A stretch of 64,000 nucleotides of DNA from Selaginella moellendorffii (Eukaryota > Plantae > Lycopodiophyta). The number at the start of each line of letters is the position of its first letter. Position 1 is the first letter of the stretch. The translations under genes and the position numbers were made by a program. The notes beneath the pieces were generated by a model. That model did no database searches, had not been told where the DNA came from, and saw only the letters and a list, made by a program, of their open reading frames with translations. Below are positions 52,442 to 64,000 of this stretch, in pieces. The stretch is from positions 1 through 64,000 of the forward strand of contig NW_003314357.1 in the NCBI RefSeq assembly GCF_000143415.4. Direction: 5' to 3'.

Positions 52442-53633
52442 TCAAGCTATAGCAGCGAAGTAGTCCTTGCTCAACTTTGGATCGGGCTTCATTGACTTGT
52501 CGCCAGGCTTCCATCCGGCGGGGCACACCTCGTCTGGATTGTCCTGGACGAATTGGACCGCCTAGAAGAAACAATGAAGAAAAAGATCAAAACTTAAAAC
52601 TCGCATTCACCAGAGCTTTCGTCACCTGAAGCGTTCTCAAGGTCTCGTCTACACTCCTTCCAATCGCAAGGTTGTTAACGGTAGCGTGTTGGATGATCCC
52701 TTCTTTGTCAATGATGAAGAGGCCTCGGAGGGCAATTCCCTGGACACACAGAGAATGTCATCTGCGCAAAGTATACACGGAGTTTGTCACGAACCTGATC
52801 GGGGATGAGTACGTTGTAAGCCTTGGAGATCGACTTGGAGATGTCTGAAACAAGGGGATAGCGCAAATCGCCTAGGCCGCCCGACTTTCTCTCGGTTTGA
52901 ACCCAAGCCAGATGGGAAAACTGCAAGAGCATCCTTTTGTTAGCGAGAGAGCAAAGAAAATTAAAGAGAAAAGTTCCACGTACCACACTGTCAACAGAGA
53001 CTCCGAGCACTTCCGTGTTGATCTTCTCAAATTCTGAGTAACGATCGCTGAAAGCGGTGATTTCTAGCAGGAGGAAAAGAAAAAGTTAGAAGAAATCTTC
53101 CACTTGTCACCGACCAACCTGTCGGGCAAACGAACGTGAAGTCCAAAGGATAGAAGAACAAAACGACGTACTTCTTGCCCAAGTAGTCCGAAAGCTTGAC
53201 CTGCGGCGAAGACATGGGAGAAATAAGAACACAGCAAAGAGTAACCTTTCATTTTCCTCGTAAATACCTTGATGAATTCCTGATCGAAGACCGACTCGGC
53301 CTCGAAATCCGGAGCCTTGTTTCCCACCAATGGAACATCCAAGCTCTAGAAAAGAGGAAAATCCACAATGCAGGCGTCGAAATCTCCATGGAAAAGTGCT
53401 AGACTCACCGCGCTAGCAGCCAGGCTCCTGAAAGCTCTCCTAGGTTGGATCCGCGCGGCGGGGCGGCGGAGGTGGGAAATCTTGGACGCTCCTAGCCTCG
53501 CATCGAATGCCTTGAAGAGGGACGATCGGCATGGAGCAGCAGAGGCGGCAGACGAGGACGAGGAGGTGGCTCCTCCTCCCACGATGTGGCCAGTCGCTGC
53601 GAATGCTGCTGCTCCAGCAGTCGCCATAGCCAT
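52442..53633 (-). CDS. BAS1: Chloroplast 2-Cys peroxiredoxin (BAS1-like)
   Basis: Transit peptide, [47 protein letters not shown]. Confidence 0.95.
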
Positions 53634-56600
53634 TCCTCTCGCCAAAAACCTCACTCTCTCTCTCTCCTCAGGGGTTATCCTCACCTCAGCTATGTAGAGT
53701 CCACACTGGGGGAGCTGACGGCACATGTTGCGCCACGTGGAAGCACCAACCAGCCGTTCGATTCCCCGGTCAAAACAAACAAAAATTTAGGGTTTGGGGT
53801 CTTGGTCTTCTGCTAAAAGGAACACTGGGGTTTTTTATTAGAGCACAGTCGCGTTATATGCCCAGGTTTGCCAAAAACCAGATCCGAGTGTTTATAGTCT
53901 CTCCTGGTTCTTTCTTTTGCTTGATAGCCTTTGATACAACAGAGATCAAGCTGCTGGTGCATCATATGCAATGATAGTGTCTAACATCCTTTGTTAGGTC
54001 TTATTGCGTCAAAATTCAAGCTATTCCACTACGCTCATATGATCACTACATTTGTTCTCAGTATGATCCCATTCTGAGGTGTACAAGTATCTAAGAATCG
54101 TCTGGGAGTACAAGATTTTACTGGAGAGTTTCCGTGACGCTGAGGGAGAGGTATTGGACAGAGTTTATAGTTGTTGGAAGTCAAGCAAACTTCAAGAACG
54201 TATAGGTAGCCCTTTGGTCTTCAGTTGAGGATCGATCCTACTACCAAGGTTGATGTTAAATTCCAGCATTTGAGGAGGTTTGTTCCAGGTCTATGGGGCG
54301 GTATATTTTTAGTTTCACAAGGAGTCTCAGTGGGAGTCTACCAGACAATCCAGGGAAAAATCTGTGGATTTCCTAGAATGGAATATGCTTTTTACTTGAT
54401 CTTGTGACCTTGGCTAGCCTCCATCGCCATCTTCGTTCTCTTTCCCATCTTCTAGCTCGTCGTTTCCATCTCTCAGCCTCTGGAGCTTTCTTCCCAAACT
54501 TGAGAGGTCCAGAAACCAAATTAACAGTCTGAGAAGATGTATCTGTATGAATGATTATCTTCATACCTAGGCATACGGATGTTGTATTCAACATATGCAA
54601 TGATAATTGGTGTTTATGCAGGCTTCATAGTTGGATACTATGATCCTCTATTGGGCCTTATTACGTCAAATTTTCCTGAAAGCAGAGGCTGTGAGCGTGG
54701 TGGAATGTTTCTTGAAGGTTAAAATATGATCAAGGACTACAGTGAAATTTTTTTATTTCAAGAAATTTATGCATTTGTATTGGAAAGCTTAAAATCTATA
54801 TATTTTAACTCCACTACATTTGTTCCCTAGCATTGTTTCAAGGATCAATATGACAAGTTAAGGCCATGAAAGCTTTGGTCTATAGAATGAGACTTAGGTA
54901 TTCCTATAAGTTTCTGGGATTACAAAGGTGAGTTTTGGAGAGGTATTGGATAGGGCTTATAGTTGTTGGATGGATAGCAAACTTTAAGCACTATAAGACA
55001 CTTTAGATTTCACAAGGAATTTTATGGTAGACAAAGTATGATACTACTTTAGTTGAATTGATCAATTAATGAATTTTGATTGATTTATGATTAATTGATG
55101 ATTGTGTTAATTATTGGTAATGATATTAATATTATTTAATTTCTTTTTGGAAAATTATAGTTATAAAACTTGAGGGTTCAAAACTACAACGAAAATCTGA
55201 TACAAAGAGAGGGAGTGCCACTAAAGAGTCCACACAACAGTTGAATGAATATTTATTTACAATGGAGAAAAAAAAAAGCTTGCAAACTTGTTTGCATAAT
55301 CTTGTCAGACACTAAGATCCCACCCGCGTGTGGCTCCCACATGCACTCCCACCTGCCCACCAGCATCTTAGATTACACCCAGTGTGCACCCTAATTGTTT
55401 CCCATATAGTTAGTGGCCATTTAGCCATATTGTGCCCCCATCCTGTTCCCAACACTTCGCTAAATTTCATGATGCTAATTGACCTAAAAAATTCAAGTAT
55501 AACAGTAGTACATCAAGTAAAAAATCAATTTAACTTCATATTAATTTAAGAAAATCATTTAAGATCCACTATGACTTGATGAGGTGCAAGAATTCCATGA
55601 AAATGGCATTTTTGTCCAACAAAAATCATAATCCTAACTACTCAAAGTTAATCAGGTATTTTCTTTGATAACAAAATATAATTACTAACTTCTTGACATA
55701 ATGAATATAGAAAACATGTGAAACATCTACTAAACTTGCTGAATTTACACCAAAGTTAGGACTTAGAAGTAGACCAGGTCCAGTGTTGCTTTTGCAATTT
55801 TTTGGTCAAACAATTTATGAATGGTTTGATTATATGCAGATTATATATTGGGATTTCTTGTCATGGTTAACATGATTTGACAAGAAAAAATTCATTATTT
55901 CCTCATAAGATTTTAGTAGATATTCAATATTGGGTGATTCATATGATCCAATGAGATTTCATATCAAATTATATTTATAATAAGCATATACTAATTGTGA
56001 GAAGGAATAAATCAATTGGTAAACCTTCTTGTTAAAATTATTTTCTAACTATGTAGGATATTAACAATCTATATAAAAAGTATTTGCTATCAACTTATTA
56101 ACTACATAAAAATGCTCAATCAAACTATTTTTTATCTTGTTAGCATGAGGGAAATTCCATATAGCAGAACCTACATATCTATTATATAAAAATAAAAATA
56201 AATATAAAATTCAAAATATTGATTCACTTACTAATTTTATCCTTCCATTCATTTTGAGAATACTTAAAATGCTTCTTCATTTTAAAAATCTACCTCAAAA
56301 TGTTTGATAAATTGTTTAATCTCAACTTGTATAATAGTATTATCATAGAAAGTTGTGTGAATTGAATGATATATAATATTTCTAAAATATTTCGCTATTT
56401 CCTTCATAATTTTCTATAATTTCACCTTAAAAATAATATATTTGAGTCAATTACTCTTTATGTGCCAAGTATATAATAGAATTTAGAAATTGAATGTAGC
56501 TCTATTTGAAAGCATAAAAAATTATATTATAGCATATTTAATTAATTATTTTATAGGATTAATCTCTGTTTCAGCATCATCAATCAATCACACATAGTTA

Positions 56601-59299
56601 ATAATCTGGCATATGTTTTAAAACTTGATTCTTAACAATTATCATCCAATTCTTCATATTTTCTCTTTTCTCACTAAAAGTTAAAACTCTTCAACTAAAA
56701 TACCATTTCCATGATAATCAAAAGTAAACATGAAAACTATAAATTATTAAAGATTATCAACTTTAAAATAAATGAAAGCTTTATTTTATATTGATTAGTT
56801 CCAAAAGCTGTATCAAAGGCTACAATGAACGAAGTGATGCAATTTAGTTCCAAAGCATAGAAGAAAGAAATGGATCACATACTTGAGGGCATGAAGAGGT
56901 AGATGAAAAACAACACTATAATCTTTACAAGGTTCACCATCTTTTGGAAATATCAGATAGTTTGAATCTCAATGGTAAGATAACTTTTACCTTAATCACC
57001 TTTTTGATGAAAAAACACTTCCTCAGGATTTGTGTTCTTCCAAATATATACACTCTATGCATCTTTGTGCATGGCATTTTATGCCAATACAAAAATTACA
57101 CTCTTATTTGGAAATAAATATACTCCCCATCAAAGGATGATTAGATAGTTCACCAACTTACTACTAAAGTTCATGAAAGGTATTAATTTACTAGTTATTA
57201 CAAAGATCATAGTTTTATTCAAAACCATGAATATGAAAAACTATTTGATGGTGTGATTATTAAAGTGAGAAACATTAACAAGTCTTAAGTAAATTCAATA
57301 AAAAAATGTTTGTAAATCCTATATATAATCTTCTTCAGATCAAGCTATATAATATCTTGTCATCAAAGTTGAAAGACAAAGTTATTAGGCTTTTTAGAGG
57401 TGGTATAATTGTCCATAAGCAACAAAAGAAAACATTTCAAAATATCAGAAAAAATTTACAATATTGAAACAAGGAGTGTAAATTGCCTTGATTATAATCA
57501 ATTATGAGGCTCCTCTCACACTTACATGCAATCTTAGAACCTAGATCAGATGATTTATTTATCATCCACCAAATTTTGAAGCACTTCATTTGGAAGTTAT
57601 GACAAAGATAACTCACTTAATAATTAAATTTTTGAAATATGTATATAAATTTGAGTAGGAAAATATCCATCAAAATATTTATTATGAGCAGGAAATCCAA
57701 TTGAAGACTATATTAGAGGTAAAATAATATATTTTATATACTAATATATGAGCTTTGACTATGAAGATATCCATTGAAATGTGTAGCATTAGCAAAAAAC
57801 GTTATTAAAGATTGCAATAAAGGTAATTTACATTGAATAAAGTTTAGATGAAATAAATTTTGAGAAGGAAGATATTACTCAAATTATCCTTTAGGAATGG
57901 GGGCAATAGGCAAGAATGGTCATAGAGTTAAAAGTTCCTCAAGAGGATCTCCCACTATTGAAGGGTCTCCTATAGTGTTTGGACTAAGTAAGTTGCTTCA
58001 TCATTGCTTTCTTTTGTTTGTCACTTCATTGGAGGAGACCATCAGATCCCTTGGGAGTAAATTTGTGATTTTTTCCTGTAGTTATTGCAACTTTTTTCCT
58101 GCCAACTTGTACTTCCAGAATGTCTTCATTGGCATCACTAATATCTTGTGTCTCAAATACAATGTCTGGATCTGAATCTACCATTGTGTTTGTCTCTGGA
58201 AAAAAGAGAAACAAAAGTCAATCATAAAAGGACAAATGAACTTACCATAGCTTGGTGACTTGTTTGCTATTGTGGAACCCATGAATGTATTAACTTAATA
58301 GCTACTTAGAACATTAACTCTCTATTGCATCATCCATACTTATATCTCATTGTAGAGGCTTTTGTCGAATGCATGAGGAAGATTAAGCATCTTTAGTAAA
58401 CTCATTGTTAAAGTAGGATGGTTTTTTTGATGGGATGTTGCTCTCATAGTCATTAATCTACTTTTACTTATTCACAAGCTCATCCTATTGTGACTCACAT
58501 TACTTTGGTGTGTGATGAAATCTTTGTCAACGTAAGATGTTAGAAATTTATCGCCACTTCTTTGGTCCTTTTATCGATTTAGTATAGCCACCACATTTTT
58601 TTCCATCCTCATTATTAATAGACCATTTTCCTTTCTATTCACCATTTAAAGTGAAACTAAGTTTAGAGATTAGAAAACAAACACAAATTATATTTCTTGT
58701 ATCTCTGAAATATTCATTACTCTATCAAAGAGTTAATTTTTAGAGGAGGCAGTAATAACAAAGTTGTGAAAAGGAAATTTCCAATTTGCCCACCATAAAG
58801 TCCTTGCTGTTGCAAAAATATATTCAAAACAAAGTGGGAAAAAATTGGAAAAAAATACTTAACTTGAAGAATCAAAGCTAACTTACATTGCAGAAATGCT
58901 TAGAACGAATTCAATCATTGGATTGAATGTAGAAGTGCCAGGCTAAAAGCCATTGTAAAAACTTACTAAAAAAAAAAAAACCAAAGAAAAAATGAGTAAT
59001 ATTTGAATCAAGATTACATTTGAAATAGATCCCATGCTAACACTAACCTCTCCTCCTTGGACATTAAGAAAAAACAAGAAAAACTCTAAAATTACAAAAT
59101 TTTATACTTACATAAGTTTGAGATATTGATGCACTAAAATATGAGCTAAATTGTGACTATGGATGAAGTGATAGTCCACATAGTCCAATGGACTCTAAAG
59201 CGTCACGAACCCCAAAACCCAGGATGGTCGCACAAAGACCACCTCCTTTTCCCCGTCCCCCTCCTCGGCCTCCTCCCCCTAAATGTGCGGGCAGACAGA

Positions 59300-60100
59300 A
59301 CAACTGGGCATTTCATATCAACAAGAACTGCCCAATTTGTTTAGTTTTCTTGATCTAAAGGAGAATATTGAAGACCACAAGGAGCTAGTCGAAATGGTCA
59401 TTGACGGATCGGACCACAACTATGCAATGCTCTTCCTCTACAAGACAAACCAGATCCAAGAATTCCTACTCATTTTCAAGTCTATAGTGAACATGAGGGT
59501 ATACAGGACCACCACAAACTGATCAGGGGAAAAAGGATCACCTAATCCACATCTTTGCAATAATACTCTTGGTCACCTTGCTGGGCCTGATTGGAATGGC
59601 TATGACATTCTTTGGGATGAGGAAATCAGTCCATCTAAGGTTCTAGAGGTGATTCAACACTTAATGCTGCACAGGGAACCCATTTTCCCTTCAGTTGGAA
59701 CGGCTTTTGGTGTCCTCTCCAAAGTGGTGAGTGAAATTGTAACTGAGGTGTGACAGAAGGACAGAATAGCCACACTTTGGTGATGTGCACTGCGTTCATT
59801 CAAGGATATGAATGTGTGACGATTACCACAAACCTCAACAAGTGCAATTGGCTTGAAAACATCCTTCAGCATGTCAAAAGATCTCAAGCAGTGCCTCTTT
59901 TTGAGGGTCCACAACCATCTACATAGGATAAAGGCAAGGGCCAAGTGATGGTAGTTGTGGATGAAATGCCTGAGATCTGCAAGGTGCAGGATGAGGATTG
60001 AGAAGACCAATTCAATGATGTTGAAGAACTGGACAAATCCATAGATGGTACTTTAAGGATTCAGGGACCAGTCGCAACTGCACAGTAGAAGGACAAACAT
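59300..60100 (-). mobile_element. Decayed Gypsy pol (RT-RNase H connection) relic
   Basis: LADLRHFIHNYHHLA...LKK...SFDMLKDVF resembles YYRRFI.NY..IA.PL..LLKK...AF..LK. Confidence 0.45.
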
Positions 60101-63092
60101 GACAAAGAGGAAAGGAAGGAAAGTAGTAGTTGACTAGGTATTTGAACACCACTCACAAAAGGTTATGGATACATATACCATTTTCAATGTAGAATCAATG
60201 GTGGCAGGATCCATGGTGATTTTCTCCCTGAAAGCTATTCATGAAATTGATCACTTGATTGTACAAGAGACAATAGGTGGAAATGAATAATCCAACACAA
60301 ATAGAGTTGCAGTCAACAAACCTAGTATTTTATATCAATGAAGCGACTAACTCCATAGCAAAGGGATGAAAATGATGGTTGTACAAAAACACACTACTTT
60401 TAACATGTGAGGTGTTTGGCACAATCTAACACCAATGGACATGGGTAAACACAATGAAGCACTAAACAACACATTTGGTAATAAAACCTACTAACTCTAA
60501 GTAGATAAACAATCTGTCATCAAATAAAATATGCATTTTTTGAATTGTGTTTTCAAGATTTTTTTCACCCCATTAGAGTCCTATCAAACACTGTTGAGAA
60601 AGTGTCACCAAGCCCATTATATATTATTAGGGACAAATGAAGTAGGCTTTAATGTTAGATAAAACATGCAAACACTCCTGCTGAACCACATGACAAAGTA
60701 GATAAAGGCATATTTAGTATATAAAAGTGTATTCTATTTTAAAATAAAACATGCAATAATTCATTCTCTGAATAGTGCCATCAAGATCTAGGCTATAGAT
60801 TTAAAATGTGAAATCTAACAAACTAAATAATGAATCAATGACTACTCTAAAGCAAGTGGAAAACACTATAATGGTTTAAAAAATTATTCTAGTGGAAGAG
60901 ATAGTGTTCACAAGTGGAGTTATTACTAATGTGTTAACTGAAAGAATAAGTTTACAAGTGGAGTTATTGCAAATATATTAGTTGAGGATACCAAGTTGAC
61001 AATTACAAACTTTGTGAAGTATCATACACTAAAAATGTTGAAGACACCCCAATGCAAGATGAAACTACAATAGTAGAGGAATCAACACAACTAGAGTTTT
61101 ACTAAATTTGAAAAGACTTTGAACAACAAGGACATGAAGACAATATTGACAAATGAAGATGAAATGTTAAAGATGGGATGAAGTTGAAGAATCCATTTAA
61201 AAGTTAACATTGTAAAAGCAACAATTTGCAAGAACACAACATTTATTAGAGTCTATAACCTGAGTCTCAATTAGATGACTTCACTTAGCCAATAAATGCT
61301 AAAACTGTGTGACAAAAACTTATAGTAGCATGTGAAGACTATTTAAGAGTTGCTAATGAACTAGAAAAAGGTATTGTATAAATTGATAGGAATTTTCAAA
61401 AAATTACTAAATAAATTATTGCCTTCAGCCAAGCAAATATCTCACTCTGTTGAGATATATAATTCTACTTATAGCTAAGTGCTCATGGGTTACAAAAACA
61501 AGGACTATGAGTGGTTTATTGTCTAACCAGATGCAAGTATTTTTCATCATGATTATGCTTTAGAGAGACTCGGTGTGTTAATAAACATTTTTTCATATAG
61601 TTTTGTTAAGGATGGTTATATTTAGTTAGATAGATTTCACAAAAGGTTTAAGCTCAAGATAGATACCATGGTATTCAGACTCCATCCTAAAGTTAAGGAG
61701 TTTGATGTTATTGTAGTCAACAATACCCCTAATAAATGTCACAAACTGAAATATTTTATATATTTGCATCCTCTCCTATTCAAGCCCACCAAATCGTATG
61801 ATATGCTACGAATTAAAGGGGATAAACTTGAAACTTTACATGCATGATATTTTGGGGAAAATGTTGGACATAAATATTATTTATTGAAACCTTTTTAATC
61901 GGGTGATATAAGTCAAATTGAATTATTGGCAAGGATAGTCTTCATTAAGGTCAAATGAAGCTATAATTTCTCATTTATAGATACCAAAATAAAGAAAGCA
62001 TCACATTTTATTTTAGACATCCTCATATATTTCAATATAAAACTTTAGATACCATAAGAAAAAAACATTACATTGTATTTTAAATACTGTCATATATTTA
62101 AATATAGACAAGTTCTTTAATGATTACTACTATTAATGGAGTGTAGTGTAGAAGTGGTAAGGGAGTAAGATATAGTGATACTTTATTAAAACAATCTTAA
62201 TATATAATTTCAGAACACACAAATTATGGTATTTTCTTAATTAAAATTACTTAAAATTACTTCTTAAAAGAATATTTTCTTAATTAATATTACTTATCTA
62301 GTTAGATCAGATTAAGATAATTTAATGTAAAACTTAGTAAAGTGATTAAAATACTAAGTGAGACCTTCAAACATATATTTTAAAATTTGAATTTTTATGA
62401 ATATTATATAAACTGAGTACCAAAGTTCAAATTCATATATTAAGTTTAATTCAAAACATTCTTTACAATTAGAATATTCTCTAAGGTGATAGATGAAAGT
62501 AAGAAATTGTTTTAAAAAATATCATTAGTAAATATTCTTTAATAAACCTATAATTGTTTTCCACATGGCAAATGTTCAAACACTTCACTAATTTCAATCA
62601 ATGTGTGCCTTAAATTTTTCCAGTTGTTAATTTTTAAACACATGGCCTTCCACGTTGGCCAATGGCCAAACACTTAGCTAAATTTTAGTAATTCCAATAT
62701 ATTGCAATGCATATAACACATAGATAAATAAACCTTTTCTTTTCTACTTTATTAAGATTAAATGCTTTATTTGAAGAGTTATTCCTTTTTCTTTCACTGT
62801 TTAGTAAAAAGAGTTACGTTTGGACTACTAAAAGCTTTCCTTTTACCTTAATCTTTTTCACCAAAGGTTACAAAATGACTTTGCAACAAAAAATGGTAAA
62901 TATCTTATAAAACAATTTTGATAAAGAAGTTTTTCTATCCATAGTTAACAACAACTTAGAAATGATACAACAATAGGTTGCAATTAATTTTATGCATTCT
63001 ACAATAGAATTTGAACAGTATTGATAATTATAATATATCCTTGAAGGGGTAACTTTTGATGGTATGGTGGACCATGCACATAGGGATCCAAT

Positions 63093-64000
63093 GTGAGGGT
63101 TGACCCTGACCCTAATACACTCTACCGCTCAGACTGCAAGCACAAGAAACCATCTTGCCTCATTGAGATGATGGTTGCTTCTACTGCTGCCAAAATTCCA
63201 GTGGAACCTAAAACTTATGCACAAGCCTTGGATTCTCCAGAAACTAAATTCTGGCTTGCAGTGATGGAGCATGAGATGCGCTTGCAGAGGAAGAATGGCA
63301 CTCATGTGCTGGTTTCTTCCATTCCTGCTGGAGGAAACTTGTGAGGAGCATGTGGTGATGGCACTACTCATTTCAAGGCTAGACTGGTTGTGAAGGGCTG
63401 CACTCAAGTTCCTGGAATTGATTTCCACGAGACTTTTGTGCCCGTGGTCAGGCACACGACTCTTCATGCTTTGATCCATTTTGCTGCAGCTGGTGACTAC
63501 GACATCAAGCAAGTACTGCTTTCCTCTATGGAGAACTGGAAGACAAGATTTATATGCAGCAGTCAGATGGATTTGCTGGGCCAAGAAAAGAGAGTCATGT
63601 TTGGCTTTTCAAGAAGGCGATTTATGGACTCAAGCAATCGCCTTGTTCTTGGTACAAACACTACGACAGCTTCATGTTGAGTGTGGGATTCAAGCAAAGC
63701 CAGGGGATAGCAATCTCTACATCCAGTTCTGCCCACCAGACTTCACAATCCTTGGCCTCTACGTTGATGACAATCTGGTTACTCACAATGACGTTGCCAT
63801 GTTTGCCCAGGTGAAGAAGATCCTGTCAACTCAGTTCTAGATGAAGGCACTAGGGCCAGCAAGATATTTTCTTGGCATGGAGCTCCTCCATGACCGTGCA
63901 CAGGGAATTATCTGGTTGCAAATTGATGAAAGAGATGTCTCCAGCAATGGAAGAAGGGAAAGCTGCTATTGCAAAGATCCCCTATCTCAGTGCGTTGGCA
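63093..64000 (+). mobile_element. Ty1/Copia reverse transcriptase pseudogene, runs off the window
   Basis: EPKTYAQAL, KARLVVKG.TQVPGIDF.ETF.PV, KKAIYGLKQSP, LGLYVDD; frameshifts and stops. Confidence 0.9.

Noticed and set aside
55600-58200. Possible hAT transposase relic on the minus strand
   Set aside because: Only faint motif hints in very AT-rich DNA; not supportable without a profile search.

Overview
This is the left end of a land-plant chromosome or scaffold. The (CCCTAAA)n telomere repeat, tiny 50-80 bp introns, compact genes and a PLS-type PPR gene suggest the lycophyte Selaginella (inference). (1) 1-16888, terminal zone: telomere tracts and N gaps are interleaved with two 5'-truncated, endonuclease-less Penelope-like retroelements (PLEs) pointing away from the chromosome end. 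Each PLE carries a minimal type I hammerhead ribozyme and a telomere-like 3' motif. An unassigned GC-rich segment with a long ORF follows copy 1. Copy 2 is split by a very young 7.7-kb non-autonomous LTR element inserted 3 bp after the hammerhead (TSD GTTGT). (2) 16889-36529: a nested Ty3/Gypsy cluster whose distal side is broken off and capped by telomere repeats, which looks like a fossil healed chromosome break. (3) 36600-53633: a gene-dense block with a Psf1 remnant, SRPK, SAE1, a plastid ABM-domain protein, an H+-ATPase, a PPR protein, EXO70A, DUF1195 and a 2-Cys peroxiredoxin. (4) 53900-64000: AT-rich decayed DNA with Gypsy and Copia relics. The most notable system is the telomere-docked, ribozyme-bearing PLE. 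The class is known, but this locus shows an unusually readable history of breakage, telomere addition, PLE addition and LTR invasion.
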